DNA of 64,000 nucleotides. Source: Octopus bimaculoides. Lineage: Eukaryota. A model generated the notes under the pieces. It saw only the letters and a list, made by a program, of their open reading frames with translations. It was not told where the DNA came from and ran no database searches. This document shows, piece by piece, positions 14,590 through 28,308 of the stretch. Both the position numbers and the translations under genes were made by a program. The DNA lies in NCBI RefSeq assembly GCF_001194135.2, contig NC_068982.1, forward strand, positions 55,822,383 through 55,886,382, in the 5' to 3' direction. The stretch's first letter is position 1; each line of letters starts with the position of its first letter.

Positions 14590-14767
14590 CCTTCCACACA
14601 ATGAGCAGCAGTGACTATCCACAGTGGATGAACTAGAACTCCTCCACATCTGTGCCACGGTTGACCAGCTGATATTATTTGTAATGACACTTGCCAAGGC
14701 CATCGTCCTGGCATGCTAGGCTGACCACCGATGATATATGCGGTATTTATTATCTCTCCACAGCGTT
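14590..14767 (-). CDS. Internal exon of a trypsin-family (peptidase S1A) serine protease: activation site to catalytic His
   Basis: Acceptor TCTACAG|AA (phase 1) and donor GAAGG|GTAAGC (phase 2); 178 nt. Translates to (E)[58 protein letters not shown](G). This has the pro-region Cys, the IIGG N-terminus, WPWQVSL, CGG and TAAHC (His codon 14603-14601). It is under 60 aa, so it is absent from the ORF track. Confidence 0.95.
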
Positions 14768-15039
14768 CTGTAGATTAATAATAATAATAATGATAATAAT
14801 GATGATAATAATAATAACGGCAACAACAACAACAAAAAGCAATAATAATAATATAAAAAAAAAAAATAACAACAATAATAACACTTCCTGTATTAATTAC
14901 ATGGGCTAATTAAAAAAATCGAAGACAGTAAAGAATGGTGCAGTATAGTGTGAAATTACATAAGAAGCGTGTTAAAAAAGGAAAATAACAACGAAACTTT
15001 CAAACAAGTGAAACGTCTTAGGATTACTCGTGGAAACTC

Positions 15040-15660
15040 CTAAAAACTACGATGACTTTGACCACCAATGCAAGTGCTCTCGTTCAGTTGTCATTCTACA
15101 ATCTACAAACAATCTCAGGCTCATTCATTCGGACCGAGCTCGCCACTCTCATCCAGCTTTCAACGAGTTTGACGGGAGTCAGTAAATTTGTCGAAAGTTG
15201 GATGTGAGCGAATCTTGAAGTTGATGAAGGTTTGGTTAGAGTGGAAGGTATCTGTCTTCAGTCCTATTAATATTGATCACTATGCAATCTCTTTCGCCAA
15301 AGACACAAAACAGATAAAGACTGCTTGCCCTACTCAGCCAAAGAAGGCAGCAGAACGATCTTCACCATGAACTCAGCTGATAGCCGGATCCGTTCTGTCC
15401 TACAAGGGTCAACAGATGCTCAACATAACTCCATAAGTCAGTAATTCTCGGATACTGTATGAGCGCATGCAAAACGGCTTCGTCGCTCTGTGAGTATTTC
15501 GGAACAGACGCTCCACTCCAGTCAGACATGAACTTGGTCAAAGCACAGCGATCAGGCAATAATATATGACGGAGGTGGTGTAGGCATTCACTATCTCTGA
15601 CCAAACTTTCGAGGATAGCTTCTCGATGATGACGAGGATAATTTCTCTATTGTTTGTCAC
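15040..15660 (+). mobile_element. Possible decayed LINE endonuclease (I/Jockey-like) fragment
   Basis: NNLRLIHSDRARHSHPAFNEFD and LEWKVSVFSPINIDHYAISF resemble the LN.G.PT..HP...SAID and W.V.....SDH..I motifs; many stops. Confidence 0.3.
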
Positions 15661-16765
15661 ACGGGTATCGAACAAAAACAACGTTACTGAGATAAAATGC
15701 CACAAAAATAGAATGGGGGAGGAAGAAAAAATGGAATGTGATGAAATATGAATAGAATACCAATAAGTTATGATGATACGGTAATTTTTATACAAGAAGA
15801 CGTCCATCTAGGGCCAGTGAAGGAATACCACAGATCCAGGATCACTCTGACCACTAAAGACAACTGCTTTTACATAAATGTCACTCTCTGATCTTCTGGA
15901 GCATGCTGAGAGCAGGCACATACACACCTATCACTCCCATTATTGTCATCATTGTAAATAAAACACTATCCTCCAGGAGAAGACCTCCTTCTTCGCCCTC
16001 ATCTTCCTTTCCAATTGGAGTTTGAAAAATTCGATGAGTGTTTGACTGAAGAGCTAAGTGTCTATCTTCAGTTGAAAAGAAACATGGAAAACAATACAAA
16101 AAATATACAAATAATTATTTGTATCGAAAATTTCCAAAAACAAGAGGAAATATCATCCAAAGTCAATAAGAGAACTCCATTAAAAATCTGGATAGCTCTG
16201 ACTATCCAACAAATGTTTTTTCATTCACTGGTTAATCCATGGTCAACGGTCTCATATTAGCTATGGATAAATTTCAACAGGTAAATAAAACTTTCAGTTT
16301 ACGGCTGTCCCTGGCCGCCTCATCAATCTTGCTTCGGTCTTTGAGTATATACAAAAGAGGAATAAAAGAGTGGGTGGTATTGTCAAATTCTTAAATTCAG
16401 TTTTTCAAACTTTTATACCAGCAACGTATACTGTAATTGTTTGGCATTTAAAGGTCCTCTGAGAGGCAGTTGTATAACGGAAGTTCCTCTGAAAATTTTA
16501 ATAGTATCAAGATACATTTCTTTTATAACTACCAGATCAGCCATCTACAAAAGGTCACAAAGAAAAACATCGAATCTTTGTATAATCACAAAGACGACGC
16601 AAATGATGAAACGGCGCTCCAGCATGGCCTTGGGCGTGATCGCCAAAGCACAATTAAGACATAATCATGCTCACACACATACAATCATACATGTATGTAT
16701 GTATGTATGTATGTATGTATGTATGTATGTATGTATGTATGTATGTTTGTATGTGTGTGTTTAAC

Positions 16766-16877
<112 letters not shown>

Positions 16878-18579
16878 AATTAAACAAACCTTCGTCAATA
16901 ATGAATGCGCAAATACGTTTGTATACAAAGTTGCAGAACAATGAAAACACAAATTCAGATTCAAAAAAATAAAATAAATACATCTAGTAACATAGATAAA
17001 CAAACGATATATATATTATGCTACTTGAAACATGTATCAGACACAAACGCAAAATGCTAGGATTTACAATTACAGAGGAGTTACGCTAAAAGTAAGTAAT
17101 TTCTTAGGGATACCTCTAACTTAGTTAAGTCGATACGTTGTCCCTACAAAAAAATTATAATTATAAACAGTATTAACAACTTTCTCAAATATATTCCGAA
17201 GAACCTCGAGATCTTTTTCAATAGAAAGAAATGGAAACTACTGAATACTATAATAAGGAGGAAGTGGTTTTACTGAAAAAATAAAATACTATCAAAATTC
17301 ACTATCTTTCCAGTTAATCACAGGTAAAGAAAAACAGAGTAGTATAATTCCCCTTACAATAAAGAAGTCAAATTTCTCATCGCTAGAACATTTTAAAACT
17401 TCCTACTATAAAATATTTAAATAACATAAAAATATCCTGATCAGCCACCTGTAACTTTTCACAAGCGGTCGCATTGCCAAACCAATGAAAACTAAATCTC
17501 AGAAAAATCATACAAAATATACCCCATCGCAACTATACTAATAAAATATTATGCCCGTTACAAGAAAAATAAATACTTTGCTAATTAATTTGTATATGTG
17601 CAACAGCTAATGCTATCATACTAAAAATTCATAGATTCTTTCGTATTTAGGATTTACTTTCAATTATTTAAAAAAGTTTACCAAAGACATTCTATTAATA
17701 AGTTAGGTAGAAAAACTACTACACATATGATTATAAAATCTAATATCCCACAAAAATTATCCTGATAAATTCTACCACAAGAGAAACAATACGAATATAA
17801 TAAATGAGACAGAAAAATGCCAACTTTTGTACTACAGAAAGTTATGAAATCACATTTTCCAAATGAATATTACTAGATAGATATTCTGAACTTTTTGCAG
17901 ACATTGGGCGTATAGAAACTGAAATATCAACTTATTAATCTCACCAATAACTAATCTTCCTCCTACATAGCACATTTATGCACAAGATAATCCTTCAGTC
18001 AGCTAATACTGATCCTTTTGTGTGAAAGACTAGGGACAATTTTTCTACGAGATATGTGGCAAAATGTTAAATGTTTAGAGATTGACTTTTATTTGAACAC
18101 TATCAGCAGTATTTAACCTTTATCAGATTATTAACACTTATAACAAATGAAATTACATGAATTTCGTATAATTAGGATCAATTGCCTTAAAAAAAAATTA
18201 CTAACAATCTTTAGTTGTTCCGAGAATGACGAGTCACTCAGCCAAGTTATTATTGAATTATTCCATCTAAGATATGAATCATTAGTTTCTCCATTGAAAG
18301 ATGTGATCCAGTGTAAAATTTTAGCTACCGACTTGGATACAAACATACAAGCATTCATGAATGCATATATTTATTTTATTTATCAAACTGTGCGATATTC
18401 TACAAAGGATTTTCCTTATTTCCTTATTATTTCTATATGTTTTGTTTGAAATATAAACTCTTTTGGGTTCATCAACTTTTCTAGGTCTATCAGACCTTAC
18501 CTCGGGATGAAGTTGATGACAACGACGACGACGAAGAAGAAGAAGAAGAAGAAGAAGAAGAAGAAGAAGAAGAAGAAGA

Positions 18580-18990
18580 AGAATTACAGGATTTTATGGG
18601 ATTTACCATAAAGACTTCCCATACTATTGAAGCAAGAGGACCAGATATGATTATAAAGGACAGAAGAGACAGACAGTGTAAGATCATAAACTTTGCAATG
18701 CTATATCATAACAGAGTGGATACCAAAGAAATTGAAAAACTTGAGAAATATCAGGTCTTAGCCAGAGAGATGAAGAGATCGTGGAAGACAAAGGTGACAA
18801 TTGTTTCTGTGAGAATTGTTGCATTTGAGACAACACTCAAACTGCTAATTCGGAGGCTGTAGAATATCGGAATTTAGACACGCATTGTCAACCGGCATAA
18901 AAGTGCAATCCTATATTTTACAAGAAACTCAAGGAAGATTCTTGAGATTCAAAGTGACTTGTTGCTACCTAACGTCAAGGTAACATCTCC
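18580..18990 (+). mobile_element. 3' end of an R4/Dong-like LINE (restriction-like endonuclease domain)
   Basis: NYRILWD(F)TIKTSHTIEARGPDMIIKDRRDRQCKIINFAMLYHNRVDTKEIEKLEKYQVLAREMKRSWKTKVTIV matches the RLE motif W-D-F...R-P-D...EK..KY. The 5' end abuts a (GAA)17 tract. Confidence 0.8.
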
Positions 18991-19559
18991 GCAAAATAAT
19001 ATAGCATATAACAACCACAGTAGCAGCAGCAGTAGTAACAGCAATAACAACAACATCCACAGTCAGTAACCGAGGGAGCAAATCTTACCATCCTATGAGA
19101 TTATGATAACCAGCCAGACATCGTCATCATTATTTCTTTTAATATAACTGAAATTACATCATTAAAACTTTTTTAGGAAACAAAATCATGATGTGTGAAA
19201 TCTTCGCCCAACTATTTTTTTTACATTAAATTCTTATATAATCGTAATACAACTCGTCTGAAAAATATTTGTAGAAAACTTCTTCCTGAATATACTGAGC
19301 GAATGAGTGCTATTAGACGAATAAAGAAAATAAAGGAAAATTGGACGTAACATAGAAAAATTATACAAATTGGGAATCAAATTTGTAAACAGCGTTCAAT
19401 AACCAGCAGGAAACCGCCCAGAGGGCAGTATTTTTGTCACTCAACGCATTAAATGTAGCGTGGGGCAAAAACTTATTATATGTTGAGATAGGTAAAAAAA
19501 TTTAGTACACAAAATGAAACTCAGGTTCTACGAGTAGACAAGCGTCGTTGCTCAGAGGA

Positions 19560-20060
19560 TTTCAAGTAGCTGGACGAAATGCTTAGCGGTATTTCGCTGA
19601 GTTCAAATTGCATCGAGGTCGACTTTGCCTTTCATCCATTCGGGGTCGATAAAATAAGTACCAGTTGATCACTGGGGTCGATGTAATCGACTCATTCCCC
19701 TCCCCCAGAATGGCTGCCCTTGTGGCAAAATTTGAAACCATTATCATTATTATTAGCGAGGTTTACTTTGCCTTTCATCCTTTCGCAGTAGATAAATTAA
19801 GTACCAGTGAAACAGTGGGGTCGATGTAATCGACTAGTCCCCTCCCCGTAAATTTCGGGCCTTTTGCCTATAGTAGAAAGGATTATTATTATTATCAGCA
19901 CGTCGGGCAAAATGTTTAGCGGTATTTCGTTCGTCGCTACATTCTGAGATCAAATTCCGTCGAGGCCGACAAAATAAGAACCAGTTGAACACTGGGGTCG
20001 ATGTAATCAACATACCCCTTCTCCGAAATTACTGGCCTTGTGCCAAAATTTGAAATCATC
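19560..20060 (+). mobile_element. Three tandem copies of SINE family B (about 200 bp)
   Basis: Repeated GTTCAAATT...GAGGTCGACTTTGCCTTTCATCC...CACTGGGGTCGATGTAATCGAC...GGCCTTGTG with short (ATT)n spacers. Confidence 0.75.
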
Positions 20061-21182
20061 ATCATCATCATTATTATTGTTATGAGGACGCATGGCCTAG
20101 TGGTCAGGTGTTGCATTCACGATCGCCAGATCGTGGTTTCAATTCCCAGACCGTCTGGTGCGTTGTGTTCTTGAGCAAAACACTTCCTCTGACGTTGCTC
20201 TGCGTTCACTTCAACACCTGATGCGTGGTACACTGTGTACCTGTTCAGACAACGTCAATTTGATGGAGAAAGTGAGCTAATGTGCGGCAAGAACATCTGA
20301 TCACTATAAACAAATTATTTGTGTAGGTCATTTGACAAAAGTTGAACACATACGTCATCTTCGACGGGAGAGTCTATTATTATGTGATTAAAACTCAGCT
20401 TATTTTACTGGGTGTGATGGAAAGTATCAGCTGTCCATAGCCAGTACACTAAGGTGACACTTGTTTACTGGTCATGCTTCAAGAATTCTAAGAATTCTTG
20501 CAGTTCCAAGTAATGCTGATTCTTCCTCTTCCTCTTCTTCTTCTTATCCTNNNNNNNNNNNNNNNNNNNNNNNNNNNNNNNNNNNNNNNNNNNNNNNNNN
20601 NNNNNNNNNNNNNNNNNNNNNNNNNNNNNNNNNNNNNNNNNNNNNNNNNNNNNNNNNNNNNNNNNNNNNNNNNNNNNNNNNNNNNNNNNNNNNNNNNNNN
20701 NNNNNNNNNNNNNNNNNNNNNNNNNNNNNNNNNNNNNNNNNNNNNNNNNNNNNNNNNNNNNNNNNNNNNNNNNNNNNNNNNNNNNNNNNNNNNNNNNNNN
20801 NNNNNNNNNNNNNNNNNNNNNNNNNNNNNNNNNNNNNNNNNNNNNNNNNNNNNNNNNNNNNNNNNNNNNNNNNNNNNNNNNNNNNNNNNNNNNNNNNNNN
20901 NNNNNNNNNNNNNNNNNNNNNNNNNNNNNNNNNNNNNNNNNNNNNNNNNNNNNNNNNNNNNNNNNNNNNNNNNNNNNNNNNNNNNNNNNNNNNNNNNNNN
21001 NNNNNNNNNNNNNNNNNNNNNNNNNNNNNNNNNNNNNNNNNNNNNNNNNNNNNNNNNNNNNNNNNNNNNNNNNNNNNNNNNNNNNNNNNNNNNNNNNNNN
21101 NNNNNNNNNNNNNNNNNNNNNNNNNNNNNNNNNNNNNNNNNNNNNNNNNNNNNNNNNNNNNNNNNNNNNNNNNNNNNNNNNN

Positions 21183-21221
<39 letters not shown>

Positions 21222-21439
21222 TTCATCCGTCTTTACGTTCAGAGTTCAAATTCCGCCGAGCTTGACTTTGCTTTTCATCCTTTCGAGGTAAATGATATAA
21301 ATACCAGTTGAGAACTGGGGTCAATGTAATCGAATGTCCCCTTTCTCCACATTTCAGGCCTTGTGAATATAGTAAAGAATATAAAAGATAGAGCTATTAT
21401 TGTTATTGATAAAGAAAATTTTTTGTATTTTACTCCCTC

Positions 21440-21940
21440 CTTTGCTTTTCCTCTTCTAAACAGAGTGTCTTTAGGTGGCTGATGTTACCACACATACAGC
21501 AACTAAATCTTCTGTCCTGCACAAGCACATATTTACTTTTTGCTTTTTCAGTGTTGTACTACACCGCGATAACCCCGTGGTGTTCGAGGGTCATCAGAGC
21601 CTCGACGTTCATACAGACTCTACACGATCGCATGTTGTATATGAACCATGGACTCACAACCTGTCCATATGGTGTCACAGTCAAAGGTCAACAGCCATGC
21701 CAGTATCTTTTGCCATGGTCCTTGTATTTCTTTCCACTGTGTCCTGCGGTGCCAGCTTGTAGTGGTGTGGCACACTTTCCCTATATTCTGTATTTGTCCT
21801 CGATTATAAAGAAATTCCTACTCGACCTTTTCTAAATAAATTTGTAAAAAAGTTAACCTATGTGCAGTATTTCCATCGGATGTGCAAAACTGGCAAAGGA
21901 TGAATCGTTATAGTGTTTGTCAGTGCTTTTGTTGAGGTCA
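21440..21940 (-). mobile_element. R4/Dong-like LINE fragment (zinc knuckle/RHD region)
   Basis: Across frames: ESVPH...LAP...KKYKDHGK...ILAWLL...YGQVVSPWF, resembling H..GC..LA..EY..RHD...HW...YG...W. Confidence 0.4.
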
Positions 21941-23219
21941 TTTAAGTTTGCATTTTCACTTAAACAATAACTTTGTCAGTGAAGCTGTTATTTTTTTGTT
22001 TGTCGTTGAATTTTTGTTTCTGTTTTTAAGAATCTTTTTGTGTTTTGAAAAATTGGGGTCATATTCACAGCTACCGTCTTTGTGGTTAACAACTTACGCC
22101 GCTACTGCAAAAGATGACCATTCTGAACCACTAATAAACCAAGCAAAATGAATGCTTTCAAAAATATGTGTATACAATAAAAAATATCTTAGAAAGAATC
22201 TTCTTTTTTAAAAGCAGGATAATGGTGAGGATGTTCAAATATTCCGAAAACCTTTGTTGTTAAAATACGCTCAACCCAAATTATCATAAAGTAATCTTAG
22301 AAGAAAATATTTTCTAAGCCGAGCTCTGTAAAACGCGTGTATCCAAAACAAACAACTATAACACACATAGATATACACACAAAAGAAAACTTGATTTATT
22401 CAATCAACAGGTGTCATGTTCGGTATGTTTGGATCTGAAAGTCTGCACTCTTTTTGACTTTACGCTAATCCCCTTGACAACAATAGTGACAGTTAGATCA
22501 TTGAAGTCAAGTACAGGTCACAGGCCCGTGTCAGTATTTACAGAACCTGAAATTAATCCGACTCATTAGGTTTTAAACACGTTAACTATCTAACTGCTGG
22601 TTTAAACGAAGAAGTATTCCTTTAAGTTAAGAACGTTAATATTCCGTTTAAAGAAAAAATGAAATTCTGTGAGCATACCTTAAGTGAAATTAGAGTTAGG
22701 AATGTGGTATTCAAGTAACAAAGAACTCTTTTCTAGTTTGCCCTTTATTAGGTACGTCTGTTGAAATGTGTTATTCAATGTATGTGTGTGTGTGTGTGCA
22801 TGTGTGTGTGTGTGTGCATGTGTGTGTGTGTGTGCATGTGTGTGTGTATGTGCATGTGTGTGTGTGTATGTATCCACACCACGAGGGTCAATTCCGCCAC
22901 CTACCCTTCGAATATCCTAGACAGAAATCACATCGTTGCAAATATCCGGACTAAGCTGCTATTCTGGGGATAATACGATCTCGTGACGCACCGTTTCCCA
23001 CTGTACTTTATTTGAGAAGAGTCTTGATTTTTCGGAAAAGTTTCCCAGCGGAAACTTAGCCCACTGGTAGATAGGATTGAGTAAACCTAGATGCATGGCC
23101 TCGTGGGTAACACCCCAGTGGAAACCTAGCTTACTGTGAAGATAGGCTAGCGGCATGACCTCGTGGGAAACGCTTAAGAAGGCTGCTATATCAGTTAGTT
23201 ATTTCACTAATCAGTCTTC

Positions 23220-23720
23220 TGGGAAATCATCGTCGTTGGTGATTTCAATGTTGATAATTTGTCTGGAACAGAAACTGTAAGTTTTACCATTCTGCTTTAG
23301 TTACTATCACTACCAACTCTTATTCCTTACCAACACACAAACACTCAAACTTAGAGCCCCTTAATAAAAGCCCTTAACCATATCTTCATCAAGCCGATCG
23401 TCCAAATGCTGCGTAATCAAGGTTATCCACCACATGTTTACATACTTTCATTAACTGCATCTCACAACCTCAAGCGCTACCAATAGCAAACCGTAATCAG
23501 AATTCTTGATCCCGTGTTAACGGTAATAGAATCTTTCAGTGTGTTATTTATTCAACCAAATGACACCGTAAGCTGTATTCCCATAGAAAAAACCTTCACA
23601 TTTATTTACATCCAGCCCCACAGTGCACACAAGACTGCTCCAAAACTTCTTGTCATCACTCCATTTCACTACGTCTTACGCCTTACATGCTTTGAACCAA
23701 CAAAGTCACTGGAATGAATA
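23220..23720 (+). mobile_element. Decayed CR1/L2-like LINE apurinic endonuclease fragment
   Basis: EIIVVGDFNV (GDFN motif), then LIPYQHT and ALNHIFIK (about LIDHIF), with stops. Confidence 0.5.
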
Positions 23721-24889
23721 ATATATTTTGTAAAAACCTACGAACATTTTCTAGGAAGTTTATAAATGATCTATGAATTTAAACAATTTTTAAATGAAAA
23801 GTAATTAAGAAGATTTGATATTTATAGATAAGTTGAAGGAAAGCTTTTTTGGAACATTCTATTGAGTTCAAAAGATACATTAAAAATCTTTATTTTCTGA
23901 CAATCATTAAATTAATTAAAATTAAGGCTTTCCTCAGTGTACTTTTTATTATATAAATTACTTGGATCTGTTAGAAAGAAAGTCAGATACTTTAGTATAG
24001 TAAAACGATTCTACACAAAAGTAATTTTTAATAATGTTACGTAAAGAACTAAGCTATTGGCCTGCTTTGAAGGTTTTTAAATGATTTCTATGTGTAAATA
24101 TATTATTTTCAATGACCTAGGAGTTCGCACTTAAAAAAAAAAAAGAAAACTACGGATCAGCATTTACAATAGTCATAACAAGTACCAAGGCCAAAATGCT
24201 TATCTTGGTTGCAACGCTCAAGGTTTTCCTTCCCTCAAACAAAGACATTTGTTAAATCTCCACATTGTCTTAAAATATGCAGCCATGTCATTCTTTTCAC
24301 TCCCTCTTTCTTTGTATTTTCCGAAGGATTTTATATTTGCTTTCGTTAAATCATACCGAAATATTCGTGTAGGTACCACCACCAACCAGCTAACCAACCG
24401 CGACTGCATATGAATGTATGTGCACGCAGACGACAATGCGTATTTGCTGAATATTTCTTGTGTAAGCGATGTATAAGAAGATTTCTCAAAAATGAAACAT
24501 GAAAGAAATTTCAAGTCGAGATCAAATGAAAATATTTCATATTAACCTTGAAGTATTAATATTACAAACGAATATTTCTGCTTATGGATTATACAGAAAC
24601 GATATACAGCAATATCCCGTGTTACGTTCATCTCCCTTTGGTTACGTGTAAAGAACGACCACCAATTTTGGGATACGATCTTAAATTTTGCTCTTACGGA
24701 AACTTCAATAAATTTTAAGAATTTAAAAACTACACTTTCTTCTTAGCCAACAGGCCACTTGTTGGCATTTTGACTAAGATCAACGCACAGTCAACAATTC
24801 GAAAACAAACTATTATCATGATACATACACATACACACGCACATAAACACACACATATACACGTATATTTTATTGAGTTATAATTGCTA

Positions 24890-24980
<91 letters not shown>

Positions 24981-25380
24981 CAACCACTACATTGTCTACC
25001 ATTAACAGCATTACATTCAGCATCAACATCAAACGAATGCAACCATTATCAGTCCAGTAACTCCTTAATTACCAGCAATAACAGCAACAATAATGTGTAC
25101 ATTATAAGCAACTCCATCTGAAATTAAAAGCAATTGCATGAAATAAGGTGGTTCACTCGTGTACTTTAAATGCTGAATGAAATATCTTGGATTTTGGGTC
25201 GTTGAAGATTGACTTGAAATTAAACAGCAGCAACAACATGAGTAATATCCGCCGGCACCAGCAAGAATATCCTCAACATCACCGTCACCATCATCACGAA
25301 CAGGAAAGCCAATACATACACCATGTCATTGGAATCAACTAACCTTCTCGCCTAGAAGTGCCTGTGCTTTTATCTAAATT

Positions 25381-25524
25381 CAAGTTGGGCGAAAGTTTTC
25401 GAGAAGTGGGCCGCATAAAACATAGCTCTTAATCAGGCGAACCGCACTGCTAAAAATTTGTAGATAATTTTTTGTTAGGCGTACCGATCAGAAATTCTCG
25501 CGGGCCTCAGTTTGCTCATGACTG
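25381..25524 (+). mobile_element. hAT-like MITE (related copies at 26649-26801 minus and 31576-31738 plus)
   Basis: Shared TTCGAGAAGTGGGCCGC at the left end and GGCC.CAGTTTG..CATGACTG at the right end, with short imperfect CAG...CTG termini. No clear TSD seen. Confidence 0.5.
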
Positions 25525-25777
25525 TTCTATATTATAAAAATAAGAATTCAAGACGTCGCCTTACTCAACTTCCTTCTCTTTATTCCTTCTATTAAGGTTA
25601 CGAACAAAGTATCCAATTACTTTTGTTGTCTTCTCTTTTAAGACTTTCTATTCTAGTAGTTTCTTTCTCGAACATTTATTTTACGGAACTCCCTTCCCTT
25701 ATGATTTTGGTGTAATTCTTATTAAATCTCGTACTGGCTGTTTTATCGTTTTAGGGTAGCTTTTTATTAGATTTTCA

Positions 25778-26072
25778 GAGGTGTGCATGCATCTGAGACC
25801 ATGTGTTGAAACTAAAACAATTACAGCATCGAAGACACATATTAGTCATTCAAAAACATACGAAGACTATTAATTCTACTTAAACATTTATTATTACATG
25901 GTGACAAAATTTTTGTTGCACCAATTGCGAATTTGTCACTTAGTTTTGTTAACGACCAGTTTGCATGACGAAAATGTTGACACCAAATAAATAATAAATG
26001 TTTAAGTGAAGTTAACAGTCTTTGTATGCTTTTGAATGGCTAATATGCGTCTTCCACACTGCAATCGTTTTT
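25778..26072. mobile_element. Inverted (back-to-back) pair of the hammerhead-bearing repeat unit, Penelope pLTR-like
   Basis: The left arm (about 25778-25943) is the reverse complement of the right arm (about 25944-26072) over about 100 bp. Each arm starts with a decayed G3-C8-type hammerhead, followed by the tail AAATGTTTAAGTGAAGTTAACAGTCTTTG...GAATGGCTAAT...CTGCAATCG. Confidence 0.6.
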
Positions 26073-26844
26073 ACTAGATATTTTTCTTGTGCTTCTATAA
26101 CCCCAGCAAATACTAAGTAGGCACTTGAACCCTATTTATTGTTAGTTACTTACAACTTCTAGTATAAAAATCAAAACAAAAAAAGACAACCAAAACTAAA
26201 CAGATGGATGTGCTGATCGTCCATTGTCGGGCGTTCTTGGTGACATAGTTTAAATAAGTCGTAGAAAGATATTTCGTATGAAACATTCTACTGTTTTAAT
26301 ATTTATCATGTAAAGGATAAAATAGGAAGCTAACTTAGTTATATCTTAACTACAGCCTATACTACCAATTAAAACACCACAGAAATTTTGTATCAGAAAT
26401 TCAACTTACGTCCCATTATTTAGCTAATTCAGTTATTATTTCATATTTGTGTATATATAATATTCCATCCAGCCATCTTCTCCGCCCACTATTCCTGGGA
26501 GAGTCAAGCTTCTCCTCTATAGGGTCCTATGAAAAACAACCGTCATTACACTTTTCGTCTGGATTCCCAAGCGTAACCAAATGAAACTATTGATATTATC
26601 CAACCATTTCGCTCTTGGCTTACCCCTAGGCCTCTACAACGCGTGGAACAGTCATGGACAAGCTGTGGCCTGTGGGACGTTTTAAATGGCGTATCTGACG
26701 AAAAATTACCTTGAATTTTCCTTTTTTTAGTAGTGTGAATCTGCCTGATGATGTGGCATGTCCGATGTGGCCCGCTTCTCGAAAAAGAATAATCACGCCT
26801 GGTTTAGAACGTCCCCTGTTTCACTTAGCGGATAGCAGTAAAAA

Positions 26845-26954
<110 letters not shown>

Positions 26955-27974
26955 GTATTAGAATGTCGCAGCTACTAAAAACTTGTACGTTAGTTTGATG
27001 GTTTACAGAATTGAGATAAGATTCACTTTTTCATACAGTAGTTTTTGATGTTGATGTGGATGTTACTGTAAACTGAAAACATATGACGGTATGACGGTGA
27101 TCCCCAAACAAACTGAATTCATGAGACTTTATCTAGGTTTCGACTACTTTCCAAAATTTACAAGTGTTACTATGTTTACCTGTAACAATACTCATTAATT
27201 TAACATTGACTGCTTTATAACTAAACTCCACAGTTTAAAAGTCTGGTACAAGGCCACATAATTTCGGGGAGGGGCTAAGTCGGTCATATCGACTGGTACT
27301 TATTTTATCGAACTCCGGAAGGATGAAGGGCAAAATCGACCTCGGCATAGTTTGAACACAGAACGTGCAGACAGACGAAATGCCACCAAGCATTTTGCCC
27401 AGCGTTGCTAACGATTCCGCCAGCTCACCGCCTCACAACCGTAATTATTGCAATTTAGTTAATTTCGACTAACGAATTAGTTGGAACGAAATATAGATTT
27501 GAAAGATCAAATGGAAATATAGCAGAATACCTGCCAGTTTTGTATAAACCAGTGACATACACTCCTACGTTAAATCCAAATTGTTCACCGCATGATTTTC
27601 TGAATAACTTGTCATTTTCTATTTACATAGAACTAGAGATGTGCTTTATAGAAGAAAACAAAATCGGTTAAATATTAAATAAATTGNNNNNNNNNNNNNN
27701 NNNNNNNNNNNNNNNNNNNNNNNNNNNNNNNNNNNNNNNNNNNNNNNNNNNNNNNNNNNNNNNNNNNNNNNNNNNNNNNNNNNNNNNNNNNNNNNNNNNN
27801 NNNNNNNNNNNNNNNNNNNNNNNNNNNNNNNNNNNNNNNNNNNNNNNNNNNNNNNNNNNNNNNNNNNNNNNNNNNNNNNNNNNNNNNNNNCCTTGTGACC
27901 AAGTTAGATATTAAGATCTGTGGATATCAGAAAAATGTAACACTACACAATTTAAAATAACAGTATTGTTTATT

Positions 27975-28308
27975 TTCTACTTGTTTCAATCATCAGACTG
28001 CGGCCATGTTGGGGCACTACCTTGAAAAATTTTAGTTGAACAAATCTATCCTAGTACTTATTTTTATTTTAAGCCTGGTACTTATCCTATTGGACACTTT
28101 TTGTTGAACCACTACATTATGGGAGGCGTAAACATACCAACACCGGTTGTTAAATGACAAACACGGGCCTCTTTCAGTTTCCGTCAATAAAATCCACTCA
28201 CAAGGCTTTGGTCGGCCCTAGGCTATAGTAGAAGACATTTACCCAAGGTGCTACACAGAGGAACTGAACCTGAAATCATGTGGTTGGGAAGCAGATTTAC
28301 CACAGCCA
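27975..28308 (-). mobile_element. SINE family A copy
   Basis: GACTGCGGCCATG...CCAAGGTGC...ACCACAGCCA homology. Confidence 0.75.

Noticed and set aside
16880-18460. A-rich stretch that looks like decayed coding sequence
   Set aside because: Stops in all frames and no motif I can assign to a family.
20461-21291. Long ORFs over N-gaps and microsatellites (also near 3025-3537, 55194-56116, 56581-57420, and the CVCV/YVCM/THTH ORFs)
   Set aside because: Artefacts of N runs and simple repeats that lack stop codons.
24355-24450. Phase 1-1 open segment NTHCRLRAHTFICSRGWLAGWWWYLHEYF with a GTATGA donor
   Set aside because: Poor polypyrimidine tract and no resemblance to a known module; likely chance.
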